A stretch of 59,070 nucleotides of DNA, filler included, from 9 parts of 9 records of this genome joined end to end with filler, not necessarily neighbours in it, one strand, 5' to 3'; counted from the whole stretch's first letter, positions 28,451 to 39,020 are shown. A program made the numbers and translations. Notes: a model not told the origin generated them from the sequence alone.

Positions 28451-30481
28451 TTATAGTAGAACAGCTGACAAAAGCAAATCTACTAGCTTGATACAAATGA
28501 ATGGTGCGATGATGCCGCCTAGGCCGTAGACGACAAGATTGTGCCGCAGCATTTGGCTGGCTGGTTTTTCTTGGTATTTGACCCCTTTTAACGCCAGAGG
28601 GATCAAGGCGATGATCACGACTGCATTGTAAATGACTGCGGACAAAATCGCCGTCAAGGGACTACCAAGATTCATGATATTCAGCGCTGCAAGTTCTGGA
28701 TAAATCGCATAAAACAGGACAGGGATCACTGCGAAATATTTGGCGATATCATTCGCGATACTAAAGGTCGTCAATGCCCCACGGGTCATCAGCAGCTGTT
28801 TACCGATCTGCACCACTTGCAGTAATTTGGTTGGGCTGGAATCAAGGTCGATCATATTCCCTGCTTCTTTGGCTGCTTGCGTACCGGTATTCATCGCCAT
28901 TGCCACATCGGCTTGGGCGAGTGCGGGTGCATCGTTGGTTCCATCCCCCGTCATCGCCACCAAATGCCCTTTTTCCTGATATTCGCGAATCAGGTTCATT
29001 TTGTTTTCTGGTGTTGCTTCGGCTAAGAAATCATCGACGCCCGCTTCGGCAGCAATAGCAGCTGCCGTCAAAGGGTTGTCTCCAGTGATCATGATCGTCT
29101 TGATGCCCATCTTTCGCATGTCGGCAAATTTTTCTTTGACGCCGTTTTTCACGATGTCTTTTAAATAAACGACCCCGAGTACCTGGCCATTTTTCACTAC
29201 GACCAATGGGGTTCCACCAGCTTTAGCGACTTTTTCCACGATCTCGTCACATTCAGTGGGATAGATCTGCCCTTTTGCCGTCACGTATTGCTTGATCGTA
29301 TCAGCAGCTCCTTTACGGATCTCATCACCACGATAGTCGATCCCAGACATCCGTGTTTTGGCACTAAAATCGATCCAATGGACATCAGCTTGCTGAAATA
29401 CCCGTTCACGAATATTGAAGGCTTCTTTGGCTAAAATTACGATACTGCGTCCTTCTGCCGTTTCATCGGCAAAAGATGCCAACTGCGCTGCATCTGCTAA
29501 CTCTTTGGCGGTGACCCCCGGTACCGGTAAGAACTCGCTGGCGCGGCGGTTTCCCAGAGTAATGGTTCCTGTTTTATCCAGCAGCAAAACATCCACATCT
29601 CCTGCAGCTTCAATCGCGCGTCCACTCATGGCGATGACGTTTTCTTTGGTCAAACGGCTCATTCCAGCGATCCCAATCGAGGAAATCAAGGCGCCGATCG
29701 TGGTTGGTGCGAGACAAATCAGTAAAGCGATCACGATCACACTGGAAATCGCCGTTCCCCGACCAGATAACTGACTGCTAAAATCAGTAAAGGGAATCAA
29801 TGTGATGGAAACAGCCAAGAAGATGATGGTCAGTGTCACTAAGAACAGCTGCAAGCCAATCTCATTGGGTGTTTTTTTCCGCTGTGTCCCTTCCACCATC
29901 GCAATCATCTTATCCAAAAAAGAATGACCATTTTCAGCGGTCACTTTAATGACCAAGTAATCGGAAACGACTAAGGTTCCTCCCGTGACTGCACTACGGT
30001 CGCCACCAGATTCACGAATGACAGGTGCTGATTCTCCTGTGATGGCACTTTCGTCCACCGAAGCAGCACCTTCCACGACATCCCCATCGGCAGGAATTTG
30101 TTCGCCAGAAGGAACATAAACCAAGTCGCCTTTTTTCAAATCGGAGGAACGGACTTCGATAAAAGCCTCTTTGGCGACATCTTCCAAGGACATGACTTTG
30201 TAGGTCATGATGTCTTTTTTGGCTTGCTTCAAACTATCCGCTTGTGCTTTGCCGCGCCCTTCTGCTACTGCTTCGGCAAAATTGGCAAACAATATAGTCA
30301 ACCATAAGAAGACGGTCACACTGATGCTAAACCACAACGGGACCGTTTGTTCTTGAAAACATAAAATCGTTGTCAAGATCGCCCCTAGGTAAACCACAAA
30401 CATCACGGGGTTTTTGATTTGTTGGCGAGGGTCCAATTTCTTAAAGGATTCGCCGATCGCCCATTGATAGATTTTTTTCAT
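28451..30481 (-). CDS. kdpB: K+-transporting ATPase subunit B (P-type ATPase)
   Basis: [19 protein letters not shown] phosphorylation motif, [14 protein letters not shown]. Confidence 0.97.
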   Translation of the reverse strand: MKKIYQWAIGESFKKLDPRQQIKNPVMFVVYLGAILTTILCFQEQTVPLWFSISVTVFLWLTILFANFAEAVAEGRGKAQADSLKQAKKDIMTYKVMSLEDVAKEAFIEVRSSDLKKGDLVYVPSGEQIPADGDVVEGAASVDESAITGESAPVIRESGGDRSAVTGGTLVVSDYLVIKVTAENGHSFLDKMIAMVEGTQRKKTPNEIGLQLFLVTLTIIFLAVSITLIPFTDFSSQLSGRGTAISSVIVIALLICLAPTTIGALISSIGIAGMSRLTKENVIAMSGRAIEAAGDVDVLLLDKTGTITLGNRRASEFLPVPGVTAKELADAAQLASFADETAEGRSIVILAKEAFNIRERVFQQADVHWIDFSAKTRMSGIDYRGDEIRKGAADTIKQYVTAKGQIYPTECDEIVEKVAKAGGTPLVVVKNGQVLGVVYLKDIVKNGVKEKFADMRKMGIKTIMITGDNPLTAAAIAAEAGVDDFLAEATPENKMNLIREYQEKGHLVAMTGDGTNDAPALAQADVAMAMNTGTQAAKEAGNMIDLDSSPTKLLQVVQIGKQLLMTRGALTTFSIANDIAKYFAVIPVLFYAIYPELAALNIMNLGSPLTAILSAVIYNAVVIIALIPLALKGVKYQEKPASQMLRHNLVVYGLGGIIAPFICIKLVDLLLSAVLL

Positions 30482-30493
30482 TTTTTCTCTCTC

Positions 30494-32170
30494 CTATTTC
30501 GTTGTAAAAAAGTCTGCGATTGGTCCTAAAGCCATCGCTGGTAAAAAGCTCAGTGCACCGATCACGATGATCACAATGATTAGCATCGTGACAAAGACTG
30601 GACTCGTGGTTGACAAGGTTCCTTCATTACGAACGGTTTTCTTTTTGGCACCCATGTTTTCTGCCAGATACAAGATGGCTGCGATGGGAACGAAACGTGA
30701 AACGAACATCAAGATACTACCCAAACTATTCAGGAAAACAGTATCTGCGGTCAAGCCGCCAAAGGCACTCCCGTTGTTGTTGCTGAACGAAGTTGCTGCA
30801 TACAACAGTTCGCTAAAGCCATGGGCGCCTTGGTTGGTTAGCCAGCTCATGATGTCAGGATGCAAGGTCATCAACATAGCCCCGAAAAGCGTCAGTAGCA
30901 ATGGCGTCAAAATAACGATACTCGTCATTTTAATGTCAAAGGCTTCGATTTTTTTGCCGATATATTCTGGTGTTCGTCCCACGAGTAAACCAGCGATAAA
31001 GACCGTCAATAATAGAAAAGCGATCATGCCATAAAGTCCGCTACCGACACCGCCAAAGATGATTTCCCCCAGCTGCATCAAGAACATTGGGATCGCACCC
31101 CCGAGTGGTGTGAAACTATCCAGCATGGCATTGACTGATCCACTGGAAGCGGCGGTGGTACTCACTGCCCAGAGACTCGACCAACCGATACCGAAACGTA
31201 CTTCTTTGCCTTCTAGGTTGGCATTCCCAAGCACTTGACTGAATTGCGGCCCATAAGCTTCACTGATCACTACGCCAATAAAGGCCAGGATCAAAAAGAC
31301 GGTTGCGGTGATCAAGATCGTACGTCCTTGTTTCCACTCTTTGATCCAAAAGCCAAAGGCAAAAATCACAGCAGCTGGCAGCAACAAGATCGCTAAGTTT
31401 TCTAAAAAATTACTGAACATCGTTGGGTTTTCAAATGGATGGGCGGCGTTGGCGCCAAAAAAACCGCCGCCGTTGGTCCCTAATTGCTTGATGGCGATTT
31501 GACTCGCTACCGGCCCGAGTGCCATCCAAAAGGATTTCCCTTCAAATCCATTGACATCCACGCCGCTGCTCAACGTTTGAACGACGCCTTGAGACAGGAG
31601 CAAGATCGCTAAAATCAATGAGAGTGGTAAAAGGATATACAGTAAGGAACGGGTGATGTCTTGCCAAAAATTCCCTACCGTTCGTTTTTGTTTTTGCTGC
31701 AGCCCACGAATCAAGGCACACAGTACAGCTAGTCCTACTGCCGCAGATAAGAAATTTTGCACCGTTAATCCTAATGCTTGGGAAAGATTGGTCAGTGCTT
31801 CTTCCCCAGCGTAAGCTTGCCAGTTCGTGTTCGTCACAAAACTGACGGCTGTGTTCAATGCTAAGTCAAAGGACAAATTCTCAACGGCCGCCCCTTGCGG
31901 TAACCAGTGCTGGACCATCAATAATCCGGTCAATCCGATGATGGAAAAGACGCTGACGGCCAAGACTGAAAATAGATAAGTTTTGGCGGTCATTTCTTTT
32001 TTGCTGACCGAACCAATCACTCGATAGGTCAACCGTTCAATGGGTTGAATAAAGCGGACAAACCGCGGTGTTTTTCCTTGCATGATTTCTTTGATATACC
32101 AGCCCAAAGGAACCGCTGCTGCTAGTAAGATCAGTAAAAATAAAAAACCTTGCACAAAATAGCTACTCAT
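30494..32170 (-). CDS. kdpA: K+-transporting ATPase subunit A
   Basis: SFVTNTNWQAY, KQLGTNGGGFF, GRTPEY.GKKI, NNNGSAFGG. Confidence 0.97.
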   Translation of the reverse strand: MSSYFVQGFLFLLILLAAAVPLGWYIKEIMQGKTPRFVRFIQPIERLTYRVIGSVSKKEMTAKTYLFSVLAVSVFSIIGLTGLLMVQHWLPQGAAVENLSFDLALNTAVSFVTNTNWQAYAGEEALTNLSQALGLTVQNFLSAAVGLAVLCALIRGLQQKQKRTVGNFWQDITRSLLYILLPLSLILAILLLSQGVVQTLSSGVDVNGFEGKSFWMALGPVASQIAIKQLGTNGGGFFGANAAHPFENPTMFSNFLENLAILLLPAAVIFAFGFWIKEWKQGRTILITATVFLILAFIGVVISEAYGPQFSQVLGNANLEGKEVRFGIGWSSLWAVSTTAASSGSVNAMLDSFTPLGGAIPMFLMQLGEIIFGGVGSGLYGMIAFLLLTVFIAGLLVGRTPEYIGKKIEAFDIKMTSIVILTPLLLTLFGAMLMTLHPDIMSWLTNQGAHGFSELLYAATSFSNNNGSAFGGLTADTVFLNSLGSILMFVSRFVPIAAILYLAENMGAKKKTVRNEGTLSTTSPVFVTMLIIVIIVIGALSFLPAMALGPIADFFTTK

Positions 32171-32247
32171 CGTTCTCCCCCCTCAAACAAGTACCAAAAG
32201 AGATAGATCATTACGATCACTCCGATTATTCCTAAAACAAGATTCAT
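32167..32247 (-). CDS. kdpF: KdpF small membrane subunit (26 aa, absent from the ORF track)
   Basis: MNLVLGIIGVIVMIYLFWYLFEGGER*; AAGGAG RBS; its stop overlaps the kdpA start (ATGA). Confidence 0.85.
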   Translation of the reverse strand: MNLVLGIIGVIVMIYLFWYLFEGGER

Positions 32248-32285
32248 ATTCTTCACTCCTTCATGACGTAAGCATACGCAAAAAG

Positions 32286-32336
32286 AAATAAAAATAGTGT
32301 AAATCTTCTGCTAGAGTCTTTATATCTTCTTTATAC
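32286..32336. promoter_or_regulatory. Putative KdpE binding sites upstream of kdpF
   Basis: TTTATATCTTCTTTATAC (+, 32319-32336) and TTTACACTATTTTTATTT (-, 32303-32286): TTTA half-sites 11 bp apart, as in the E. coli KdpE box TTTATACTTTTTTTACAC. Confidence 0.55.
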
Positions 32337-32394
32337 GGCTGCTTATCAGACAAGAAAACCGCAATACTGCAGGTTTTTTTTAGAAAAAAACAAA

Positions 32395-32426
32395 AACAGC
32401 GGATATCGTGAAGGATATCCGCTGTT
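32395..32426 (-). terminator. Intrinsic terminator after the LPXTG gene
   Basis: 13-bp stem AACAGCGGATATC / GATATCCGCTGTT with a T-rich tail on the minus strand. Confidence 0.85.
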
Positions 32427-32440
32427 AGAGTCATTGAGAC

Positions 32441-33083
32441 TTATTTTGTTTTTCTGCTTTTGTTCGTGTGTTTCTTACGAAAGAAGACGATCCCCGCTAG
32501 TGCAATAAGGCTCACTCCTGCAATCGAATAGCCTTGAGTGATGGCTGTACCGGTCTTTGGTAACACCCGCTTGTCCTTTGCGGTCGCTTTGCTTTGTTTA
32601 TCAGGCTGTCCTGCATCCGTTGGTTTTTCTTGCCCTTTATTAGAATCATCTTTCTCTGGCTGCTTATCATTTTCCTCTGGTTCTTCTGCTTTTTCAATGA
32701 CTTTGATCGTCGCTGTGGCGGTGACTGCTTCTTGTGAGTCAGTACCAAATAAGCGTGCGAAAAAGTTAGGAGTTGCTGCTTCATCGGTTACGATTGAATA
32801 GGTGACTTGATAGGTTCCGGTTTTTTTGGTATCAACCGAACCGTCCACCAACAGTTGCTCCAACGTAAGTGTCTTACCATCACGATCTGTAGCGGAGACA
32901 AAATTGTCGGCAGCTGTCCAGTTGTCACCAACATAAATCACGCTATCTTTCACAGTCACAGAGGTCTGGTCTGCCAACACGGTAATTGTGGCAGTGGCTT
33001 CGGCTTTGCCATTGTGATAGGTTACTTGATATCTGCCTGGTGTGGTGCTGTCAACTGTACCTACTGTTGTGATATCAGTCAGT
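32441..33083 (-). CDS. Sortase-anchored surface protein with bacterial Ig-like repeats, 5' truncated
   Basis: VKDSVIYVGDNWTAADNFVSATDRDG...VDT..TGTYQVTY repeat, charged linker, LPKTG, hydrophobic segment, basic tail. Confidence 0.88.
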
Positions 33084-33183
33084 NNNNNNNNNNNNNNNNN
33101 NNNNNNNNNNNNNNNNNNNNNNNNNNNTTAATTAATTAANNNNNNNNNNNNNNNNNNNNNNNNNNNNNNNNNNNNNNNNNNNN
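33084..33183. other. Artificial contig spacer
   Basis: N44-TTAATTAATTAA-N44. Confidence 0.99.
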
Positions 33184-34026
33184 CCTGTAAATCATTCCGG
33201 CCTGGCAGAACCGACAACCCCGGGTGCAACCCCGGGAAATTTCCACGGAAACACGGTCGTGAACCAGTTCCGTAAAGGGGACAATCTGGCATTCCGGGTA
33301 CGGGTATGTATCAAGATGGGCCAAAGTTGCCTTATCGACCCAATGATAATCATCATGCTCCGGAACAACTTCGGAAATTCTTCCGTCCGTCCCATATCGG
33401 ATCTGAAAGAAGGAAGGGACGTAGACACCCGGTATACGGGAGAGGCTATTCAGGATGTCACGCTTTTGAACACCGCTGACCTTTTTCATTTCTCGAACAG
33501 TTCTGCAAATCTCAAGTGAAGCAGCCTCTCCATCCCCGATGACCATAATATCAAAAAAATCCGCAACGGGTTCCGGATTGAAGCACGCGGGACCCCCTGC
33601 AATCACCAGCGGATATTCATTGCCCCTGTCCCGGGCCAGAAAGGGGATTCCGGAAAGGTCCAGAACATTGAGGATATTCGTGTATGAAAGCTCATGTTGA
33701 AGGCTGAAACCGATGAGATGGAAAGCACTCAGTGGACGACCTGATTCCCAGGAGGTCAACGGAGTATGGTTGTTTCTGAGTGCATTTTCCAGGTCCGGCC
33801 AGGGAGAGAAAGCCCTTTCAGCTGCAAGCCAGTCCCGGGTGTTTAACAAGTGGTAAAGTATTTTCAGCCCCAAATGGCTCATTCCCACTTCGGGAACATC
33901 CGGAAATACCAACGCAATGGATATTTCAGCCATTGCAAGGTCCTTCCGGATGCTATTGATTTCATTGTCCAGATAACGGCTGGGGCGGTTGAGTTTAGAA
34001 AACCAGTTTTGTTCACATATTTTCAT
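33184..34026 (-). CDS. B12-binding radical SAM protein (TIGR03960-like), 3' truncated
   Basis: PSRYL..EIN, FPD..EVGMSHLG, AGGP...NPEP, CxxxCxxC in RGCTRGCRFCQAG. Confidence 0.85.
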
Positions 34027-34095
34027 TTTAATATCACCTTAAGCTTCCAAAAAGCTGTTAATTTTAACATCTATATCCTTTTTCAATGCCGGCCG

Positions 34096-35790
34096 CTAAT
34101 GGCCGACTCTGGAACCCCCGGGCAAAATGATAACGATTTCGGCACCGCCATCGGGGTGATTACGCCCTGAAACCCTGCCTTGAAGTTGATCAACAATTCT
34201 TTTCACGGTGGCCAGCCCGAGACCGGATCCCCCCTCTTTGGTGGTCAAAAAAGGGGTAAAAAGTTTGGGCAGGGTTTTTGAGTCAAATCCATCCCCCGTG
34301 TCACGTATGGCGATCGCCACGTTCTTGGATTCCGGCGCTTCAAAAACCCATTTGGTGATGATATCAAGTGTCCCACCGCCGGGCATGGCATCGCAGGCAT
34401 TGAGGAAAAGATTCCACAACACCTGTTTGATCTGGTCCGGATCTGATTCAATCATCACGGAATCGTTGAAATGGGTGAGAACACTGACCTTTTCATTCCA
34501 ACGCTGACCGTTTTTAAAAAGCGCCAGGGACTCCATGATGACCCGGTTCAGATCAAAGGTTTTCCATTTTATTTCTTTGGGTCGTGCAAACAGAAGAAAG
34601 TCACTGATCAACTGGTTCAATCGATCGATTTCCCGCGACACAATGGCCATCAATCGGTTTTCGGTGCTATCCCAAACAAGACCTTCTTTTAACACCTCGA
34701 TGGACCCGCTGATGGATGCCATGGGGTTTCTGATTTCATGGGCTATACCCGCGGCCATCTCCCCCACAAGGGCCAATCCCTCCACTTTTTTCATGTTTTC
34801 TTCAATCCGCTTTATTTCCGTTACATCCTGAAAAACGATAATTCTTCCACCTTTTCCGCTCGATAAATAACGAAGGGGGGAAATGGAAAGTCGAAGATAA
34901 ATCTTTGGGCCGTCCGGGGTCTGGTATGGAATATCCGTAAAGGGGGCGGTATTGACCGACGGACGCATTTTCACAATGCTTTGCACGTGTTGCCGAAGAA
35001 CGGGAAGGGCAGAGGCCAGTGACAGCCCGGAGATTTGATGGGCATGGATGCCAAGGATCTCTCCCGCCGTGGGATTAAAGAGTATCACACGCTCTTCGTC
35101 ATCCAAAACAATCAGCCCTGAGGTAATACTGTTAATAATACTCTCATGAAGGATCTCTAATTTGTCCAGATCCAGCCTGGTTTCTTTAAGTTCAGCTCGG
35201 CTCTTTTTTGTTTGTTCAGCCAGAAAGCCACTTAAATAACCGACCAGGTAAAACGCAGCCATATTCACCAGTATCGTATAAAACAAAAATGAGCTGTTAT
35301 AATCATCGGAAGCGATATTCACCCGACTTCCGAGGGGATGAATCAGGCCGTAATAATGAAGATCCAGCATCAATCCATAAAGAATGCTGCTTGCCGAGGC
35401 AATGATGATGCCGCCTTTTCGGGAAAAGATAATGCTGCCACTGATGATATTTAAAATGAAAAGGAAGGAAAAAATACTGTCGATTCCACCGGTGGTATAT
35501 ATGAAGAAGGTAATGAAAACAGTATCGAAAAACAGCTGAAAATAGGCCTGAAGCCGTATTTTCCCCAAATATTTAATGAGGAAGATATAAACAATATTTG
35601 TGAAATATATTACCGCAAGGAGGATATAGGGGGCACTTTGAGCATTGGTGATGTCAACGTGCGTTCCCCTGAAACGGATGATAATGAGAGCTCCCAGAAT
35701 CACGGAAACGAACAACACCCGCAAAAACATCAGGGTATGAAGACGCTTTTGCAGTTCCGAATCCCTGTAGCCGAATTTTTTTTTGTTCAT
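34096..35790 (-). CDS. pilS: PilS-type sensor histidine kinase (multi-TM, PAS, HisKA, HATPase)
   Basis: TGGIDSIFSFLF membrane motif, AHEIRNPMASISGS, QVLWNL..NA, GSGLGLA; directly downstream of pilC; start at MNKKK. Confidence 0.8.
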   Translation of the reverse strand: MNKKKFGYRDSELQKRLHTLMFLRVLFVSVILGALIIIRFRGTHVDITNAQSAPYILLAVIYFTNIVYIFLIKYLGKIRLQAYFQLFFDTVFITFFIYTTGGIDSIFSFLFILNIISGSIIFSRKGGIIIASASSILYGLMLDLHYYGLIHPLGSRVNIASDDYNSSFLFYTILVNMAAFYLVGYLSGFLAEQTKKSRAELKETRLDLDKLEILHESIINSITSGLIVLDDEERVILFNPTAGEILGIHAHQISGLSLASALPVLRQHVQSIVKMRPSVNTAPFTDIPYQTPDGPKIYLRLSISPLRYLSSGKGGRIIVFQDVTEIKRIEENMKKVEGLALVGEMAAGIAHEIRNPMASISGSIEVLKEGLVWDSTENRLMAIVSREIDRLNQLISDFLLFARPKEIKWKTFDLNRVIMESLALFKNGQRWNEKVSVLTHFNDSVMIESDPDQIKQVLWNLFLNACDAMPGGGTLDIITKWVFEAPESKNVAIAIRDTGDGFDSKTLPKLFTPFLTTKEGGSGLGLATVKRIVDQLQGRVSGRNHPDGGAEIVIILPGGSRVGH

Positions 35791-35797
35791 TTCCGCT

Positions 35798-37009
35798 TTA
35801 CGAACCCATGGCCGCAGCCATACCGAAAATAGGCAGATACATGGCAACCACAAGTCCCCCGATGGTGCCGCCAAGAAAGACCATCAGCAACGGCTCAAGC
35901 ATGGATGTCAAAGCATCAACCGCCGCATCCACCTCATCATCGTAAAAGTCCGCAATTTTTTCCAGCATGGTTTCCAGAGCCCCTGTAGCCTCTCCAACAC
36001 CGATCATCTGGACAACCATGTTGGGAAATATGTCATTTTCCGAAAGGGGTTCGGCGATGGGTTGACCCTCGGCAATGCTGGAACGTACATCCAGAATAAC
36101 CTCTTCAAGCACCATGTTGCCGGAAGTTTTGGCCACAATCTCCATGGCTGAGATAATGGGTACACCGCTGGCAATCATGGTCCCCAAAGTTCTGGTGAAA
36201 CTGGCCACGGCGACTTTTTTAAGCAGTGATCCGAATACGGGAAGTTTCAGCATCACGGTATCCACTTTTTTACGCCCGACCTTGGTACCCTTGAATTTCT
36301 TGAAAGCAATGACCAGGACAATAACAGCTCCGATCATATAATGCACATTCCCCTTGGTGAAGCGACTGATATTGACCACAATCTGGGTGGGGAGCGGCAA
36401 TGCGGAGCCGAAATCCGCAAACATGCTTTCAAAAACGGGGATGACAAAGATCATAATCACCGAAATCACCAAAATGGCAATGGCCACCACAATGGCGGGA
36501 TACGTCATGGCACTCTTAATGCGGGCTTTCAGTTTTTGCGCTTTTTCAATATGGGTTGCCAAACGCTGCAAAATGGTATCCAGAATACCGCCCACTTCAC
36601 CGGCAGCCACCAGATTCACGAAAAGGCTGTCAAACACCTTGGGGTGCTTCTGAAGTGATTCGGCCAGACTGGCGCCGCCCTCCACATCTGAAACAACTTT
36701 CTTCAAAATACCTTTAAAGGTTCTATTCTCCATCTGCTCTGCCAGGATGGTAAGGCCCTGTACAAGGGGAAGACCGGCATCAATCATGGTGGAAAACTGC
36801 CGGGTGAAAATAACCAGGTCTTTACTGGTTATTTTCGGTTGCATAAACGATACGTTTGCAAAGATATCTTTCGGTTTTTCTTTGATCTTTTTGATTTTGA
36901 GATTTCGCCGTTTCAGCTGTAGCCTCGCCATCTTTTCATCCGTGGCCTCCAGTTCACCACGGATGGTTTTACCCTTTTTCGTCTCACCAACCCATTTGTA
37001 TTCCGGCAT
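35798..37009 (-). CDS. pilC: Type IV pilus platform protein PilC (GspF family)
   Basis: FTRQFSTMIDAGLPL, AGEVGGILD, KSAMTYP, GEATGALETML.KIADFYDDEVD, LEP, AMYLPIF. Confidence 0.93.
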   Translation of the reverse strand: MPEYKWVGETKKGKTIRGELEATDEKMARLQLKRRNLKIKKIKEKPKDIFANVSFMQPKITSKDLVIFTRQFSTMIDAGLPLVQGLTILAEQMENRTFKGILKKVVSDVEGGASLAESLQKHPKVFDSLFVNLVAAGEVGGILDTILQRLATHIEKAQKLKARIKSAMTYPAIVVAIAILVISVIMIFVIPVFESMFADFGSALPLPTQIVVNISRFTKGNVHYMIGAVIVLVIAFKKFKGTKVGRKKVDTVMLKLPVFGSLLKKVAVASFTRTLGTMIASGVPIISAMEIVAKTSGNMVLEEVILDVRSSIAEGQPIAEPLSENDIFPNMVVQMIGVGEATGALETMLEKIADFYDDEVDAAVDALTSMLEPLLMVFLGGTIGGLVVAMYLPIFGMAAAMGS

Positions 37010-37119
37010 TATGATGCTCCAGAGCCTACCCTATCACGTTACAGTCTGCTGAAAATGAAAAGTACTGCCCAGTTATTTCCATGTTTGGCAAATTTTTAAT
37101 TTTAATAGGCAGTTATCGG

Positions 37120-37211
37120 AAGATAGAAAATTTGATCGGTCCTGTCAAGATCTCTGTTTTGTTTGGGAAAGCTGATATTGTACTTGACAAGGAGAGGAGA
37201 TACCATATTAT
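37120..37211. promoter_or_regulatory. Back-to-back sigma70-type promoters for pilC (-) and the biotin-carrier gene (+)
   Basis: Minus: TTGACA (37148-37143)-N17-TATCTT; plus: TTGACA (37184-37189)-N16-TATTAT. Confidence 0.55.
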
Positions 37212-37356
37212 ATGAATTCTTTATCAGGAACCATGAAGATCTGTATTTTTTCATACTCTCTAAAGGATTTTGTCGATATTGATTTTAGAGTTTTTGGATC
37301 AGCCCATTTGCACAATTCGCAGTTGGGAAAAATAATAAATAAAGGAGGTATTGGCT

Positions 37357-37569
37357 GTGAGTGAAATAGTTGCTCCCATGGGGGGTAAGGTTATCGATGT
37401 GAAGGTAAAACCGGGTGATGCGGTCAACGAGGGAGACGAAGTGGTGATCCTTGAAGCCATGAAAATGGAGTTACCGGTTGTGGCTGAGGCATCGGGTACG
37501 GTTAAAGAGGTAAAGGCGAATAACGGGGACACGGTAGAAGCGGAAGGCGTTCTGATCACCCTGGAGTAA
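37357..37569 (+). CDS. Stand-alone biotin carboxyl carrier protein
   Basis: APMGG.V, biotinylation motif LEAMKME; GTG start 8 nt after GGAGG. Confidence 0.9.
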   Translation: MSEIVAPMGGKVIDVKVKPGDAVNEGDEVVILEAMKMELPVVAEASGTVKEVKANNGDTVEAEGVLITLE

Positions 37570-37609
37570 TCCCCTTCTTTCTTGGGGAGTTGGGTTGTCC
37601 CGTGCAATC

Positions 37610-37657
37610 CAGAGTAAAAAAGGCCTCCATTTTCAAATGGAGGCCTTTTTTACTCTG
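37610..37657. terminator. Bidirectional intrinsic terminator
   Basis: 23-bp perfect inverted repeat CAGAGTAAAAAAGGCCTCCATTT-TC-AAATGGAGGCCTTTTTTACTCTG between convergent genes. Confidence 0.9.
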
Positions 37658-37676
37658 TTGGATTCAAACATCTAGT

Positions 37677-38141
37677 CTATCCCGCAGCTTTTTTCGCCTC
37701 GCCGCGACCGACAAAGGAAGATATGATTTTCCCCGATACAACCATTCCCACCAAAAGAATCATCAAAACCGCAAAAACGCCGATATACCGCAAAACCAGG
37801 GTCCCGATAATCCAGGTCCAGTTGTCTTTGACAATAACAATGGAAGCGCCATCCTTATCGCCTTTTGAAATGGTAATGGAATGCCATGGCAGCGCCCCAT
37901 CATCTTCAATATAGGTGGCGTCTTTCCAGTCGCGAAACTTGATATGCGGAACCTCTTTTAATTGTTCCTTGTAAAACAGTACCACCTCATCGTGGGATAG
38001 CGATGTTTTCATCTCCAGACGGGCGTCGGTTCTCAATTTTTCCTTGCCCTGGCCTACAACAGGCGCCCCCAGGAAGTCATCCGCGTTTGAGGCCGCTGGA
38101 AACATCAATAAGATCAGTAGCAAAAGTGCTGTTTTTTTCAT
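37677..38141 (-). CDS. Putative Na+-decarboxylase small (OadG/GcdD-like) subunit with N-terminal signal peptide and extracytoplasmic domain
   Basis: MKKTALLLLILLMFPAASNA signal peptide; C-terminal TM IGVFAVLMILLVGM resembling the OadG VFxVLxxL helix; directly downstream of the beta subunit. Confidence 0.6.
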   Translation of the reverse strand: MKKTALLLLILLMFPAASNADDFLGAPVVGQGKEKLRTDARLEMKTSLSHDEVVLFYKEQLKEVPHIKFRDWKDATYIEDDGALPWHSITISKGDKDGASIVIVKDNWTWIIGTLVLRYIGVFAVLMILLVGMVVSGKIISSFVGRGEAKKAAG

Positions 38142-38215
38142 TTGCCTATCCTTCGTCAATTGAGTTTTCACTATTCATCTGTTAATTGTGTCGTATGGCT
38201 TTACTGCGCCAAAAG

Positions 38216-38920
38216 TTAGTCAAACATGGCGATGAACATTCCGGCTGCCGCAGCGGAACCGATAACACCCGCCAGATTCGGCCCGACAGCGTGCATGAGC
38301 AAATGATTCGTCCGGTCATACTTAAGCCCTTCCATCTGTGAAACCCTTGCCGCCATGGGTACCGCAGACACACCGGCCGAACCGATCAGGGGATTGATCT
38401 TTTCCTTCAGAAAGAGGTTCATGATTTTTACGGTAAGGAGACCACCGATGGTACAAACAGCAAAATCCACCAGGCCCAGACCAAAGATGAAAAGCGGTTT
38501 CCAGCTCAAAAATTTATCCGCCTGCATGGTGGCGCCCACCGAAATGCCCAAGAATATGGTCACAATATTCATCAGGGAATCCTTGGCGGTGCCGGTCAAC
38601 CGTTCCACTACGCCGCTTTCTTTCATAAGGTTCCCCAACATGAACATCCCCATGAGCGGAATTACCGAGGGTACCAGAAGGGCAATGATCCCTGCGGTCA
38701 CAAGGGGGAACAGGATTTTTTCCTGACGTGAAACGGCCCGCAATTGATGCATGCGGATTTTTCTTTCTTCCGGATTCGTCATCATTTTCATGATGGGCGG
38801 CTGGATCAAAGGCACCATGGCCATATAGGAATATGCGGCCAGGGCATTGGCACCGAGCAATTGAGGGGCCAGATGCTGGGTCAAATAGATGGTGGTGGGG
38901 CCGTCGGCGCCGCCGATGAT
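38216..38920 (-). CDS. Na+-translocating carboxybiotin decarboxylase beta subunit (OadB/GcdB/MmdB family), 5' truncated
   Basis: [68 protein letters not shown]. Confidence 0.94.
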   Translation of the reverse strand: MIGGADGPTTIYLTQHLAPQLLGANALAAYSYMAMVPLIQPPIMKMMTNPEERKIRMHQLRAVSRQEKILFPLVTAGIIALLVPSVIPLMGMFMLGNLMKESGVVERLTGTAKDSLMNIVTIFLGISVGATMQADKFLSWKPLFIFGLGLVDFAVCTIGGLLTVKIMNLFLKEKINPLIGSAGVSAVPMAARVSQMEGLKYDRTNHLLMHAVGPNLAGVIGSAAAAGMFIAMFD

Positions 38921-39020
38921 NNNNNNNNNNNNNNNNNNNNNNNNNNNNNNNNNNNNNNNNNNNNTTAATTAATTAANNNNNNNNNNNNNNNNNNNNNNNN
39001 NNNNNNNNNNNNNNNNNNNN
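38921..39020. other. Artificial contig spacer
   Basis: N44-TTAATTAATTAA-N44. Confidence 0.99.
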
